Assembly: GCA_964506945.1 (NCBI GenBank)
Contig: CAZDOC010000002.1
Span: 42,834-106,833 of the forward strand
Direction of reading: 5' to 3'
DNA: 64,000 nt
Source: an uncultured Gammaproteobacteria bacterium
GTDB lineage: Bacteria; Pseudomonadota; Gammaproteobacteria; CAZDOC01
Shown: positions 21,223 through 31,273 of the stretch, one piece after another
Layout of the letters: each line of letters starts with the position of its first letter
Position numbering within the stretch: position 1 is the stretch's first letter
Notes under the pieces: generated by a model
The model's input: the letters and a program-made list of their open reading frames with translations, nothing else
Told to the model about the DNA's origin: nothing
Database searches by the model: none
Program-made: the position numbers and the translations under genes

Positions 21223-22413
21223 TCAGGGGCGTTTTGCCAGCCAGCGCAAGGGGTTGGCTGGCTTTCCCTGTCGGCGTATCTCGAAATAAAGCCCCGCGCG
21301 AGTGGCGCCGCCGGTGTCACCCGCTGCGGCGATGATCTCTCCGGCGCGGACCCGCTCGCCCTCATCGCGGTACAGGGACTGATTCTGGCCGTACAGGCTC
21401 ATATAGCCCTGTCCGTGGTCGATGATGATCAGCAGACCCAGGTTGCGGAACCAGTCGGCGAAGACCACCTGGCCGGCGGCGACGGCATGGACATCCTCGC
21501 CGGCGCGGGTGGCGATCACCACACCCCGGGATTTCAGACTGCCATCCTTGCGCGTGCTGCCGAAATGCCGGGCGATCCTGCCCTTTAACGGCCATTGCAG
21601 CCGGCCCTTGAGGCGGGCAAAGGGGGTCGGCTCTTGCTCGTGCCGCGAACGCTGGCGCAGCCTCGCCAGCAGGCGGGAGAGCTGTTCGGCGTCCTCGCGC
21701 AGGTCGGCCAGGCGCCGCCGTTTGTCCGAGAGCCGGGAATCCAGCCTGCTCAGAACCTGCTTGCGTTCCCGCTGCAGTCGCTGCAGCCCCTGGATCTGGC
21801 CCTGTATGCGTCGTTCCAGGTCCTGCTGGGTGAGCGCTTCGAGGCGCATGGCCTGTTCGATCTCGCGCAGCCGGGTGAGTCGCAGACCGATCCCTTCCAG
21901 GTCCCGCGCCCGCGCCCGGTTGTCGTAGCGGTAATACACCAGGGTGCGGCCCAGCAGGGCCGGGTCTTCCTGGTTCAGCAGCAGTTTCAGGGTGTTCTCC
22001 CGGCCGTGGACATAGGCGTCACGCACCTGGGCGGCCAGCCGTGATCGCGCCTTTTCCAGCAGGGCCTGTTCCTGTTGGCGTTGCTGGCGCATGGCGCGCA
22101 GACGCGACCGGATCCGCTCGCTGCGTTGTCGCAGCTGGCGCTGCCGGGCCTGCAGCTTGCCTATCGCCACCTCCTTTTCACGCAGTCGGCCAAGTAATGC
22201 CGTCTTTTGCCCCCGTTCCCTGGCGATGGTGCGCTCCAGTCCGGAGATACGGCCGCGCACCTCCTGCAGCCTTTGCCGCTGGGTCTCGATGCCGGGGTCC
22301 CCCGCCCGTAGCGGACAGGGGGCCAGCAACAGCAGCAGCATCCACGGCCAACCCGGCCATGTGGTTATCCGGTGGCTGGCGGCATGTGCCGCGCGGCGGC
22401 GGACTCGGCGCAT
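21223..22413 (-). CDS. envC: Murein hydrolase activator EnvC (coiled-coil plus LytM/M23 domain).
   Basis: Long Q/R/L-rich coiled coil, then an M23 domain (IIIDHGQGYMSLYGQNQS...GDTGGATRAGLYFEIRRQGKPANP). It lies between gpmI and yibQ, as in E. coli. Confidence 0.85.
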   Translation of the reverse strand: MRRVRRRAAHAASHRITTWPGWPWMLLLLLAPCPLRAGDPGIETQRQRLQEVRGRISGLERTIARERGQKTALLGRLREKEVAIGKLQARQRQLRQRSERIRSRLRAMRQQRQQEQALLEKARSRLAAQVRDAYVHGRENTLKLLLNQEDPALLGRTLVYYRYDNRARARDLEGIGLRLTRLREIEQAMRLEALTQQDLERRIQGQIQGLQRLQRERKQVLSRLDSRLSDKRRRLADLREDAEQLSRLLARLRQRSRHEQEPTPFARLKGRLQWPLKGRIARHFGSTRKDGSLKSRGVVIATRAGEDVHAVAAGQVVFADWFRNLGLLIIIDHGQGYMSLYGQNQSLYRDEGERVRAGEIIAAAGDTGGATRAGLYFEIRRQGKPANPLRWLAKRP

Positions 22414-24059
22414 CAGCCCAGCAGTCGTCCCAGTCGCGTGTGGGTGCGGCGTTCCCCGGTATCCTCCAGCACCACCAGGGGCTGCCCGGTCATCTCCTCC
22501 GGGATGGGCAGTGCCATCAGCGCCAGCATGGTGGGGGCGATATCGGCCAGGGAACCGCTGTTGATCATGCCCGCCGGGCGGCCCACGTACAGCAGGGGTA
22601 CCGGACCACTGGTATGCGCGGTGTAGGGCTGGCCGCGTTTCTTCTTGGTGGAGACCTCGCGCATGCGCTCGGCATTGCCATGGTCGGCCGTGATCAGCAA
22701 TTCGCCGCCGACCGACTGGATGGCCGCCACCACCCGCCCGAGACAGCGGTCCAGGGCCTCGATGGCGCGTACCGCGGCATCGAAATTGCCGCTATGGCCG
22801 ACCATGTCGGCATTGGCGTAATTGCAGATGATGACGTCGTACTTGCCACTGTGGATGGCCTCGACCAGGCGATCAGTGACCTGATAGGCGCTCATCTCCG
22901 GTTTTTCGTCATAGGTCTTCACATGGGGCGAGGGGACGAGGATACGGTCCTCGCCGGGGAACACGCGTTCCTCGCCGCCATTGAAGAAAAAGGTCACATG
23001 GGCGTATTTCTCGGTCTCCGCGAGACGCAGCTGGTGCAGTCCCAGCGTGGAGATGTATTCCCCAAAGGTGTTGTTCAGGCGCACCCGCGGGAAGGCCACC
23101 GGGATATCGAAGTCCGGGTGGTAGCGGGTCAGGCTGACGAAGGCCGACAGCGCCGCTCTGCGCCCGCGGATGAAGCAGTCGAAATCCTCCTCGATGAACG
23201 CCTGGGTGATCTGGCGGACGCGATCGGCGCGATAGTTCATGGCGATGACGACATCGCCGTCGTTCACCCGCACCGGCTTGGCATCCCGGGGATGAATGGC
23301 GGTGGCGCTGACGAATTCGTCGGTCTCGTCACGCTTGTAGGCCATGTCCAGGGCGATGAAGGGGTCGCTGTAGTCGTATTCGGCCTTGCCATCGACGATC
23401 AGGCGATAGGCCGCCTTGGTGCGATCCCAGTTCATATTGCGGTCCATCGCGTAGAAACGTCCGATCAGGGTGGCGATGGCGCCGTGCCCCAGCTCGGCGA
23501 ATTTCAGCTTGACCTTGAGCAGCGAGTCGGCGGCGCTCTTGGGGGGCATGTCGCGGCCGTCCAGGAAGGCATGCAGATAGATGCGATCGACGCCACAACG
23601 GTGCGCCATTTCGATCGCGGCGATGATGTGGTCCTCGTGACTGTGGACCCCGCCGGGTGACAGCAGCCCCATCAGGTGTACCGCATGATCGCCGTCCGCG
23701 GCCTTGTTGAAGGCATCGACCATGACCGGGTTGTCGAAGAAGCTGCCGTCCTCGATGGCCTGGCTGATGCGGGTGAATTTTTGCGGGATCACCCGTCCGG
23801 CGCCGATGTGCATATGGCCGACTTCCGAATTGCCCATCTGCCCGTCGGGCAGGCCGACATCCATGCCGGAGCAGCGGATCAGCATATGAGGGTAATGCGT
23901 CCAGAGGCTGTCCCAGGTCGGTTTGCTGGCGCTGTGGATGGCGTTGTACTGGGTACTCTCGCTGTAACCCCAGCCATCCAGCACGATCAGCAGCATGGGG
24001 CGGTATTGAGGATGTGTCCCGGTCTCGCTGAGTTCGAGGGGGCTGTGGGATTGTTCCAT
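22413..24059 (-). CDS. gpmI: 2,3-bisphosphoglycerate-independent phosphoglycerate mutase.
   Basis: LLIVLDGWGYSE...NSEVGHMHIGAGRV...ADHGNAE are hallmark iPGM motifs. Confidence 0.95.
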   Translation of the reverse strand: MEQSHSPLELSETGTHPQYRPMLLIVLDGWGYSESTQYNAIHSASKPTWDSLWTHYPHMLIRCSGMDVGLPDGQMGNSEVGHMHIGAGRVIPQKFTRISQAIEDGSFFDNPVMVDAFNKAADGDHAVHLMGLLSPGGVHSHEDHIIAAIEMAHRCGVDRIYLHAFLDGRDMPPKSAADSLLKVKLKFAELGHGAIATLIGRFYAMDRNMNWDRTKAAYRLIVDGKAEYDYSDPFIALDMAYKRDETDEFVSATAIHPRDAKPVRVNDGDVVIAMNYRADRVRQITQAFIEEDFDCFIRGRRAALSAFVSLTRYHPDFDIPVAFPRVRLNNTFGEYISTLGLHQLRLAETEKYAHVTFFFNGGEERVFPGEDRILVPSPHVKTYDEKPEMSAYQVTDRLVEAIHSGKYDVIICNYANADMVGHSGNFDAAVRAIEALDRCLGRVVAAIQSVGGELLITADHGNAERMREVSTKKKRGQPYTAHTSGPVPLLYVGRPAGMINSGSLADIAPTMLALMALPIPEEMTGQPLVVLEDTGERRTHTRLGRLLG

Positions 24060-24250
24060 CGACGGGTTCGGCTACCTGGGTGGGGGCTCTGGTCTGCGGG
24101 TAAATATATCATGATTTACGGCCAGGAACCGCAGCCCGGGGGCGACGAATCCGCGCTGCTTAGTGATCCCGGGGGCCTGGATCCGGTATCATGCCGGCCG
24201 GATATCGGTTCGCGGCAGTGGCCGTACCGGCGGAACCACGAGGAGCGGCA

Positions 24251-24676
24251 ATGCAGCAGTACCTGGAATTCGTAGGCAATCATCCCATCCTGTTTCTGAT
24301 GCTGGCCATCGTCCTGGCCCTGCTCAGCTGGAATCTGTTCAGCAGCGCCGCCACTGGCGGGCAGCTGGATGCGGCCGCGGTGACCCGGCTGATCAACCAC
24401 GAGGGGGCGCTGCTGATAGACATCCGCGAAGCGGATGCCTATGCCCGGGGACATATCCTGAATGCGGTCAATATCCCCGAAAAGGAGATCCACAAGCGTC
24501 TCGGGAAGCTGGCTTCCCACAAGGACAAACCGGTGATCCTGTGCTGTAATTCCGGCACCACCACCGGGCGGGCGGCAAGCGCCATGAAAGAGGCGGGATT
24601 CACCCGTGTTTCGAGCCTCAAGGGGGGTATAATGGCATGGCAGAACGCCGGTCTGCCGCTGGTCAAGGGTTCCTGA
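24251..24676 (+). CDS. yibN: Membrane-anchored rhodanese-domain protein (YibN-like).
   Basis: Start at MQQYLEFVGNHPILFLMLAIV (compare E. coli YibN MQEIMQFVGRHPIL). Rhodanese active-site loop CCNSGTTTGRAA. Divergent from gpmI, as in E. coli. Confidence 0.8.
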   Translation: MQQYLEFVGNHPILFLMLAIVLALLSWNLFSSAATGGQLDAAAVTRLINHEGALLIDIREADAYARGHILNAVNIPEKEIHKRLGKLASHKDKPVILCCNSGTTTGRAASAMKEAGFTRVSSLKGGIMAWQNAGLPLVKGS

Positions 24677-24761
24677 TGGCGTGGGGCGCGCCAGGGATGG
24701 GGCCGGCACCGCCATCACCCGCATACTATTCAATCAACCACACAAGTAATGGAAACGAATC

Positions 24762-25265
24762 ATGACAGATAACAACGAAGCCGCCGCACAGCCGGAACAG
24801 CCGCAGGGCGGCCAGCTGGGGATCCAGAAGATCTATATCAAGGACCTGTCCTTCGAGAGTCCGAACGCACCGCAGATCTTCCGCGGTGAATGGCAGCCGC
24901 AGGTGGACGTGCAACTGGCCAACAAGGCCCAGAAACTGGAAGACGACGTCTATGAGGTCACCCTGACGGTGACCGTGACGGTCAAGCACGAGGAGCAGAC
25001 CTCGTATCTGATCGAGGTGCAACAAGCCGGTGTCTTCACCATCACCGGATTCCAGGAGCAGCACACCACGGCGATGATGGCCACGGTGTGTCCGAATATC
25101 CTCTTCCCGTTCGCGCGCGAGGCGATCTCCGATGTCGCCACCCGTGGCGGTTTCCCGCAATTGCTGCTGGCACCGGTCAACTTCGAGGCCATGTATGCCC
25201 AGGAACTGCAGCGCCAGCAGGCCGCCGCGGCAGAGTCGGACAACACCGAAGTCTCCACCCACTGA
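24762..25265 (+). CDS. secB: Protein-export chaperone SecB.
   Basis: GGQLGIQKIYIKDLSFESPNAPQIF...LTVTVTVK...CPNILFPFAREAISDVATRGGFPQLLLAPVNFEAMY. Confidence 0.92.
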   Translation: MTDNNEAAAQPEQPQGGQLGIQKIYIKDLSFESPNAPQIFRGEWQPQVDVQLANKAQKLEDDVYEVTLTVTVTVKHEEQTSYLIEVQQAGVFTITGFQEQHTTAMMATVCPNILFPFAREAISDVATRGGFPQLLLAPVNFEAMYAQELQRQQAAAAESDNTEVSTH

Positions 25266-25347
25266 CGGATGTCCCTGCCCGTGTGGCGGTTCCATGCGGC
25301 GGCTTCCCGCCTGGCGATAGCGCAGGGGAGGCGGCGCCCGGGTCCGG

Positions 25348-26367
25348 GTGGTCATGAACCCCGCTAAACCGTCCCCGATACTGGTGCTGGGCGCCGGCTC
25401 CTGGGGCACGGCCCTGGCAATATTGCTGGCCGGGAATGCGCAGCCCACGCGCCTGTGGGGGCATCGTCCCGGGCATATCCGCGAACTGCAGCGGCAGCGG
25501 CGGAATCCGCGTTATCTGCCTGATGCGGAATTCCCCACCGGCCTGGAAGTCGTTGAACACATGCGCGAGGGCCTGCGTGATGGCGCCGAGGTCTTGGTGG
25601 CGGTGCCGGCCAAGGGCCTGCGCGAAGTCCTGCGGCAACTGCGCGAGTGCGGGATGGATGGACTGCGGCTGAGCTGGGCCTGCAAGGGCCTGGAACACGG
25701 CACGCGCAAGTTTCCCCACCAGGTGGTGGCGGAGGAACTGGGCGCGGGCTTCCCCACCGCGGTGATCTCCGGTCCGACCTTCGCCGCGGAGGTCGCCAGG
25801 GGACTGCCGACCGCGGTTACCGTGGCCTCCGCGGATCCCGACTACGCCGCGGCCCTGGCGGGCCGTCTGCATGGGGGCGCCTTCCGCGCCTATACCAGCG
25901 CCGATGTCGTCGGTGTCGAACTCGGCGGCGCGGTGAAGAATGTGCTCGCCATCGCCGCCGGGATCGCCGACGGCCTGGGTTTCGGCGCCAACACCCGCGC
26001 CGCCCTGATCACCCGGGGCCTGGCCGAGATGATGCGTCTGGGCACGGCCCTGGGCGCGCAGCGCGAAACCTTCATGGGGCTGGCCGGCATCGGCGACCTG
26101 GCCCTGACCTGCACCGATGACCAGTCACGCAACCGCCGCATGGGACTGGCCCTGGCCCGGGGCCTGGACCCGGCGCAGGCGGCCGCGGAGATCGGGCAGG
26201 CGGTGGAGGGCGTGAAGACCGCTCCGGAGGTGGTGGCGCTGGCGGTATCGGTGGGTGTCGAGATGCCGATCAGCGAACAGGTCGCCGCGGTGATAGCCGC
26301 GAGGGTGACCCCGGAGGAGGCCGTGACCGCGCTGTTGCGGCGTGAGCCGAAGGTGGAACGGGCCTGA
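25348..26367 (+). CDS. gpsA: NAD(P)H-dependent glycerol-3-phosphate dehydrogenase.
   Basis: ILVLGAGSWGTALAILLA Rossmann motif with a GpsA-like body. It follows secB, as in E. coli. Confidence 0.95.
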   Translation: MVMNPAKPSPILVLGAGSWGTALAILLAGNAQPTRLWGHRPGHIRELQRQRRNPRYLPDAEFPTGLEVVEHMREGLRDGAEVLVAVPAKGLREVLRQLRECGMDGLRLSWACKGLEHGTRKFPHQVVAEELGAGFPTAVISGPTFAAEVARGLPTAVTVASADPDYAAALAGRLHGGAFRAYTSADVVGVELGGAVKNVLAIAAGIADGLGFGANTRAALITRGLAEMMRLGTALGAQRETFMGLAGIGDLALTCTDDQSRNRRMGLALARGLDPAQAAAEIGQAVEGVKTAPEVVALAVSVGVEMPISEQVAAVIAARVTPEEAVTALLRREPKVERA

Positions 26368-26458
26368 ACAGGGCCCCCGGGTCGATCGAGGCGGGCAAGG
26401 CGGCGCGTTAACGGATACACTTTCAGCAGTCATGCGTTCACGGGAAGCGAACCGGCCG

Positions 26459-29400
26459 ATGATGGCGCGCCACAAATCCGCTGTTGCCACCGGGCTGTTG
26501 TGCCTGGTCCTGCTGCTGGCCGGCCGCCCGGCCCTGGCCGCGACCTACCGCCATGTCACGGAAAGCTTTGCCCTGATCGACCCGGCCACGCACACCGATA
26601 TCGTCTGGACCCGGGCGCCGGGTCCCCCGGCGAACGCATGCAGCGGCGCCAGCGCCCCCATCGACGACGATATCAGCCAGGAGATCCCGCTGGGCTTCAG
26701 CTTCCGTTTCGGCACGGTGGCCTATACCAGCGTGCGCGTCATGAGCAACGGCCGCCTGCAGTTCAATAACAGCTTCTGTGGCTATGGCACGCAACGGGTC
26801 GGGCCACCCCGGCGTTACCCATACGATTATCCCTATTTCCGCCTGCAGCGGACCCTGCGCGTCTTCGGCGCCGACTGGGACCCCTCCGCCGGGGGCACGG
26901 TGCGCTATGCCCGCCTCGGCAGCGCACCCAACCGGGAATTCGTGGTGACCTGGTCCGCCGTGCCGGAGTGGAATGCCCCCGGCAGCGCCATGACGGCGCA
27001 GGTGATCCTGCGCGAGAACGGCGAATTCCTGTTTCAGTACGGCAACATGAACTACACCACCGGAGGCCTGCCGCAGATAGGCTGGGAACTGGGCACCGGC
27101 GACTTCGATACCATCAGCTATGCCAGCCCGGCGGCCCTGGCCAATACCGCGATCCGCTTCATCCCCCCGCTGGCCAGTTCCACCATCGCCGGTTACGACA
27201 TGGATGAGAGTGCCTGGAACGGCACCGCCGGCGAGGTCATCGACGGCACCGGCAACGGTCATGACGGCACCGCCTCCGGCGGTGTCAGCACCGCCGCTTC
27301 GAACCCGGCCATCCCCGGCAGTCCGGGGACCTGCGGTTATGCCCTGATCCCCGGCAACACCACCATCGCCCCGCCCCAGGCGGTGGATACCGGCATCGAT
27401 CCCCGTAGCGTGCTGGGGGATCGCTTTACCATCAGCCTCTGGCACAACTTTCAGAATACCGCGGCCACCTCGGGCTGGCATACCCTGTTCGACGCCACCC
27501 CCGCGGGCAGTTCGGACTGGTTCCTGCTCGCCCATCTGGGTGATCAGGCCCTGTTCCTGATCCACAACGGCGCCGGGTTTGGGTTTATCTTTCTCAATGT
27601 CCCGGCCATCAACAGCAATACCTGGCACTACCTTACGGTCACCTATGACCGTTTTCCGCGGCAGATGCGCCTGTATGTCGACGGGGCCCTGGTGCAGCAA
27701 AGCACCATTCCGGACGGTGGCCTGCTGCCGACCCAGAACCTGTTCCTGGGAGACAACGTCAGTGGCAATACCTTCCTGGCCGGGGCCGCCGATGGCCTGA
27801 TCGACGAGGCGCGGGTCTATAACCGGGTCCTGACAGCCACCGAGATCGCCGCCGAGATGGCCCGCGTCCGGCCCTGCCCGGTGCTGCTGGACCATTTCGT
27901 GATCAGCCACGACGGCAATGGCATCAGCTGCCTGGCCGAGCCGGTGCGGGTCAGCGCGATCACCACCGGCGGCGGTGTGTTCAGCTCCTATACCGGCACC
28001 ATCAGCCTGGATACCGGCAGCGGCAAGGGCGACTGGTCGCTGATCGGTGGCAATGGCGTCCTGAACAACGGCGTCGCCAATGACGGCCTGGCCAGCTACA
28101 GCTTCGCGGCCGGCGACAATGGTGTCGTGGTCCTGGCCCTGGATTACCGCGAGGGCACCAGTCCGGTCAATATCGCGGTCGCCGATGGTGCCGCCACGGA
28201 TGACGACAGCGAAGGCCTGCTGGCCTTCTCACCCAGCGGCTTTACGGTCACCGCCAGCACCCTGCCGAATCCCCCCCCCGGGGTGATCAACGATCCGATC
28301 GGGACCCAGACCGCCGGCAGCAACTTCGCCCTGCACATCACCGCCTATGGCCAGACCCCGACCGATCCGGTCTGCGGCGTGATCGAATCCTATGCCGGCA
28401 ACAGGCCGCTCAGGTTCTGGTCGGCCTATCTCGATCCCGGCAGCGGCACGGTCCCGGTCACGATCGACGGCAGCGGCATCGCCACCAGCGAGGCCGCTGC
28501 CGGGACCCGCACCGTGGTCTTCAACCAGGGCCAGGCGCAGGTCACGGCCAAGTACAAGGACGTCGGCCGCATCCGGATCTCGATGAAGGACGATTCGGTG
28601 CCGGATCCCGACCTGCCGAACGGTATCCGCGGCGCCAGCAATCCCTTCGTGGTGCGGCCCGCGGATTTTCGTCTCAGCGCCATCCGGCGCAGTAGCGACG
28701 GCTTTGCCAATCCGGCCGCTGCGGACCAGAATGGTCTTGTATTCATCCGTGCCGGTTCGCCCTTCAGCGTCACCGTCGAGGCCCTGGACGCCGAGGGCGG
28801 CGTGACCCCGAACTACGGCCGCGAGAGCAGTCCCGAGGGCGTGCTGCTGAGCCCCACCCTCATCGCCGGCGGTGGCACGAACAACCCGCCGATCCAGTTC
28901 ACCACCGGCTTCGGTGCCTTCAGCGCCGGCACCGCCACGGGCACGGACTTCAGCTGGGGCGAGGTCGGCATCATCAGCCTGACAGCGTCGGTGGCCGATG
29001 GCGATTACCTGCTCAGTGGTGACGTCACGGGCACGGCCAGCGGCAATGTCGGGCGCTTCATCCCCTTCGATTTCGGCATCAGCAAGAACACCCCGAGGTT
29101 TACCACCGCCTGTGCCGGTTTCGGCTATGTCGGCCAGCCCTTCCGCTATGCGACCGCGCCGGCGATCACGGTCACCGCCCGCAACCGGGCCGGAGGCACC
29201 ACGCGGAACTATACCGGGGACTTCTGGAAGCTCACCGACGCCAAGCTCACGAGCAGTGGCAACAAGACCTACAGTACCGCCAGCGGGACCCTGGATACCG
29301 GCGCCGTGCCCACGCCGGACCCGGTGATCGTCGATTCCGGCAACGGTACCGGTACGCTCGGTTTCAGCGATGGCGGCGGCCTGGCCTTCCTGCGTGGTGC

Positions 29401-30001
29401 CCCGGTGGCGCCCTTCGATGCCGAGATCGCCCTGTCCTTGAGCGTGATCGACGAGGATGACACGGCCTATGCCGGAAACCCGATCTCCTTTGGCGCCGCC
29501 TCGGCCGGCAATGGTATCGCCTTCACCGCCGGCAAGCAGCAGCGCTGGGGGCGGCTGGCCATGGCCAATGCCTTCGGTTCCGAACTGCTGCCGCTGCCGG
29601 TGCCCCTGCGGGCGGAGTACTTCGATGGCGCGAGTTTCCTCGGCAACAGCCTGGATGGATGTACCACGCTGGGGATCGGGGACCTGGTGCTCTCCAGTGC
29701 GGTAGAGGCCGGGCAGACGGATGGCACCGTGGTCATCAACACCGGTGGCGGCACCACCACGGCCAGTATCGCCAACAGCCCGCTGGCAGCCGGCGATGCC
29801 GGCCTGAGCCTTTCCACCCCGGTGCCCAGCGGCACCGGGGACGCCGACATCCGCGTGGACCTGGGCGCCGCCGGCCTGCCCTGGCTGCGCTTCGACTGGG
29901 ACGGCAACGGCGTCCACGACAACGACCCCACGGCGCGGGCCAGCTTCGGCATCTTCCAGGGCGGGCGCGAATTCATCTATGAGCGGGAACCCTGGAACTG
30001 A
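26459..30001 (+). CDS. mshQ: MshQ-like MSHA pilus biogenesis protein: a large secreted protein with a LamG/concanavalin-like lectin domain.
   Basis: Signal peptide MMARHKSAVATGLLCLVLLLAGRPALAA. LamG-type jellyroll signature (TWHYLTVTYD...LYVDGALV...GLIDEARVYNRVLT). The Thr/Gly/Ser-rich beta-repeat body runs to about 1180 aa. It sits directly upstream of mshI. An earlier in-frame ATG lies at 26432. Confidence 0.65.
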   Translation: MMARHKSAVATGLLCLVLLLAGRPALAATYRHVTESFALIDPATHTDIVWTRAPGPPANACSGASAPIDDDISQEIPLGFSFRFGTVAYTSVRVMSNGRLQFNNSFCGYGTQRVGPPRRYPYDYPYFRLQRTLRVFGADWDPSAGGTVRYARLGSAPNREFVVTWSAVPEWNAPGSAMTAQVILRENGEFLFQYGNMNYTTGGLPQIGWELGTGDFDTISYASPAALANTAIRFIPPLASSTIAGYDMDESAWNGTAGEVIDGTGNGHDGTASGGVSTAASNPAIPGSPGTCGYALIPGNTTIAPPQAVDTGIDPRSVLGDRFTISLWHNFQNTAATSGWHTLFDATPAGSSDWFLLAHLGDQALFLIHNGAGFGFIFLNVPAINSNTWHYLTVTYDRFPRQMRLYVDGALVQQSTIPDGGLLPTQNLFLGDNVSGNTFLAGAADGLIDEARVYNRVLTATEIAAEMARVRPCPVLLDHFVISHDGNGISCLAEPVRVSAITTGGGVFSSYTGTISLDTGSGKGDWSLIGGNGVLNNGVANDGLASYSFAAGDNGVVVLALDYREGTSPVNIAVADGAATDDDSEGLLAFSPSGFTVTASTLPNPPPGVINDPIGTQTAGSNFALHITAYGQTPTDPVCGVIESYAGNRPLRFWSAYLDPGSGTVPVTIDGSGIATSEAAAGTRTVVFNQGQAQVTAKYKDVGRIRISMKDDSVPDPDLPNGIRGASNPFVVRPADFRLSAIRRSSDGFANPAAADQNGLVFIRAGSPFSVTVEALDAEGGVTPNYGRESSPEGVLLSPTLIAGGGTNNPPIQFTTGFGAFSAGTATGTDFSWGEVGIISLTASVADGDYLLSGDVTGTASGNVGRFIPFDFGISKNTPRFTTACAGFGYVGQPFRYATAPAITVTARNRAGGTTRNYTGDFWKLTDAKLTSSGNKTYSTASGTLDTGAVPTPDPVIVDSGNGTGTLGFSDGGGLAFLRGAPVAPFDAEIALSLSVIDEDDTAYAGNPISFGAASAGNGIAFTAGKQQRWGRLAMANAFGSELLPLPVPLRAEYFDGASFLGNSLDGCTTLGIGDLVLSSAVEAGQTDGTVVINTGGGTTTASIANSPLAAGDAGLSLSTPVPSGTGDADIRVDLGAAGLPWLRFDWDGNGVHDNDPTARASFGIFQGGREFIYEREPWN

Positions 30002-30182
30002 GTCCCGGAAGCGCCCGCGCAGCCCTGACCGCAAGCAAGCTCCCGGCGGGGCATTCCCCAAGTCGGGGATCATCCAGATTCAGTATATATAACAGTCACT
30101 TGTGTTGATGGCGCCGCCTCTCCATCCCCAGTGGGCAGGACGGTGCTCCCGTCCCTGTCCCGCGTGTTCCTGCCTGCGCGAT

Positions 30183-30272
30183 ACTGGAAAAAGATAGAAT
30201 ATTTATTAAAATAGTTATATAAGTGCTACAATTCATTAGTAATATTAAAAAATATCATCATTAGGTATGGAG
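30183..30272 (+). promoter_or_regulatory. Strongly AT-rich island upstream of mshI, a probable promoter, UP-element or nucleoid-protein-binding region for the MSHA secretion operon.
   Basis: aaaaagatagaatatttattaaaatagttatataagtgctacaattcattagtaatattaaaaaatatcatcattagg sits in an otherwise GC-rich genome. It lies about 45-130 bp upstream of the mshI ATG. Confidence 0.4.
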
Positions 30273-30313
30273 TCGGCGTGGCGGCATGACTTGCCTGGGG
30301 AGGGCAAGAACGC

Positions 30314-31273
30314 ATGGGACTTTTCTCGAAAAAGCGGGTAAGCGGGGCCATCTCGGCGGGGATCGTTCCCGGCGCCAGGGGCATCGCCGCGGCCCAGGTG
30401 CGCCAGCAGCCGGGGCGGGCGCCGGTGCTGGATTTCTGTGACTACCTCCCCCTGTCGCCGGATCAGGACCCGGGTCGTGTGTTTGCCCGCCTGGTGAAAT
30501 CCCGTCATCTGGGCCATGTGCCCTGCAATGTCATGCTGGGCCTGGACGACTACACCCTGTTGCTGGTCGAGTCCCCCGATGTCCCTGCCGAGGAGCGACG
30601 CGCGGCGATCCGCTGGCGCATCAGGGACCTGATCGATTTCGATGTCGATGAGGCCGTGATCGACGTGTTCGAGCTGCCCCCGCACAAGGGCGCGGAGCAG
30701 GGCCCGATGATCTATGCCGTGGTGGCCAGGGCCGAGCGCATCGATCGCTGTACCGAACTGTTCAAGCGCGCCGGGGTCCAGCTGCGGGCCATCGATATCC
30801 CCGAGATGGTGATCCGCAATATCGCCGCCCTGTTGCCGGAGGATGCCAGTGGCGTGGTCTTCCTCTACCTGGACGAGGATACCGGTCTGATCACCCTGAC
30901 CCGACAGGATGTGCTGTACCTGTCCCGGCGCATCGACAGGGGCCAGTCGGCGATCCGTGGGCTGGCGCCCGACGGGCGTCTGGGCCCGGGGCTGGAGGGC
31001 TGGCTGGACAGCATCATCATCGAGATCCAGCGCTCCCTGGATTATTACGAAAGCCATTACGCCCAGCCGCCCGTGTCCGGGCTGGTGATCAGCCCCCTGC
31101 AGGAGTCCGTCGCCGGCCTGAGTGACTATCTTGCCGGCCAGCTGGGGATCAGCGTGCGGATCCTGGATCTCAACAGCCTGGTGGACAGCAGTACCCCGAT
31201 CCCGGATGAACTGCAGGGTGTCTGTCTGCCGGCGCTGGGCGCGGCCCTGCGTGAAGTGGAGAGGGGCGCATGA
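30314..31273 (+). CDS. mshI: MSHA biogenesis protein MshI (PilM-like actin-fold protein).
   Basis: The 319-aa PilM-like protein heads a PilMNOP-secretin-like gene series. The fold is assigned by position and size, not by motif. Confidence 0.75.
   Translation: MGLFSKKRVSGAISAGIVPGARGIAAAQVRQQPGRAPVLDFCDYLPLSPDQDPGRVFARLVKSRHLGHVPCNVMLGLDDYTLLLVESPDVPAEERRAAIRWRIRDLIDFDVDEAVIDVFELPPHKGAEQGPMIYAVVARAERIDRCTELFKRAGVQLRAIDIPEMVIRNIAALLPEDASGVVFLYLDEDTGLITLTRQDVLYLSRRIDRGQSAIRGLAPDGRLGPGLEGWLDSIIIEIQRSLDYYESHYAQPPVSGLVISPLQESVAGLSDYLAGQLGISVRILDLNSLVDSSTPIPDELQGVCLPALGAALREVERGA

Noticed and set aside
22041-23660. 539-aa + strand ORF.
   Set aside because: It is antisense to gpmI and has no recognisable motifs.
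24677-24761. Expected grxC between yibN and secB, as in E. coli.
   Set aside because: The intergenic gap is only 85 bp and holds no ORF. grxC is simply absent from this position, which is not considered significant.
28229-30073. 614-aa - strand ORF.
   Set aside because: It is antisense to the mshQ-like gene. The sequence is G/A/R-rich low complexity.
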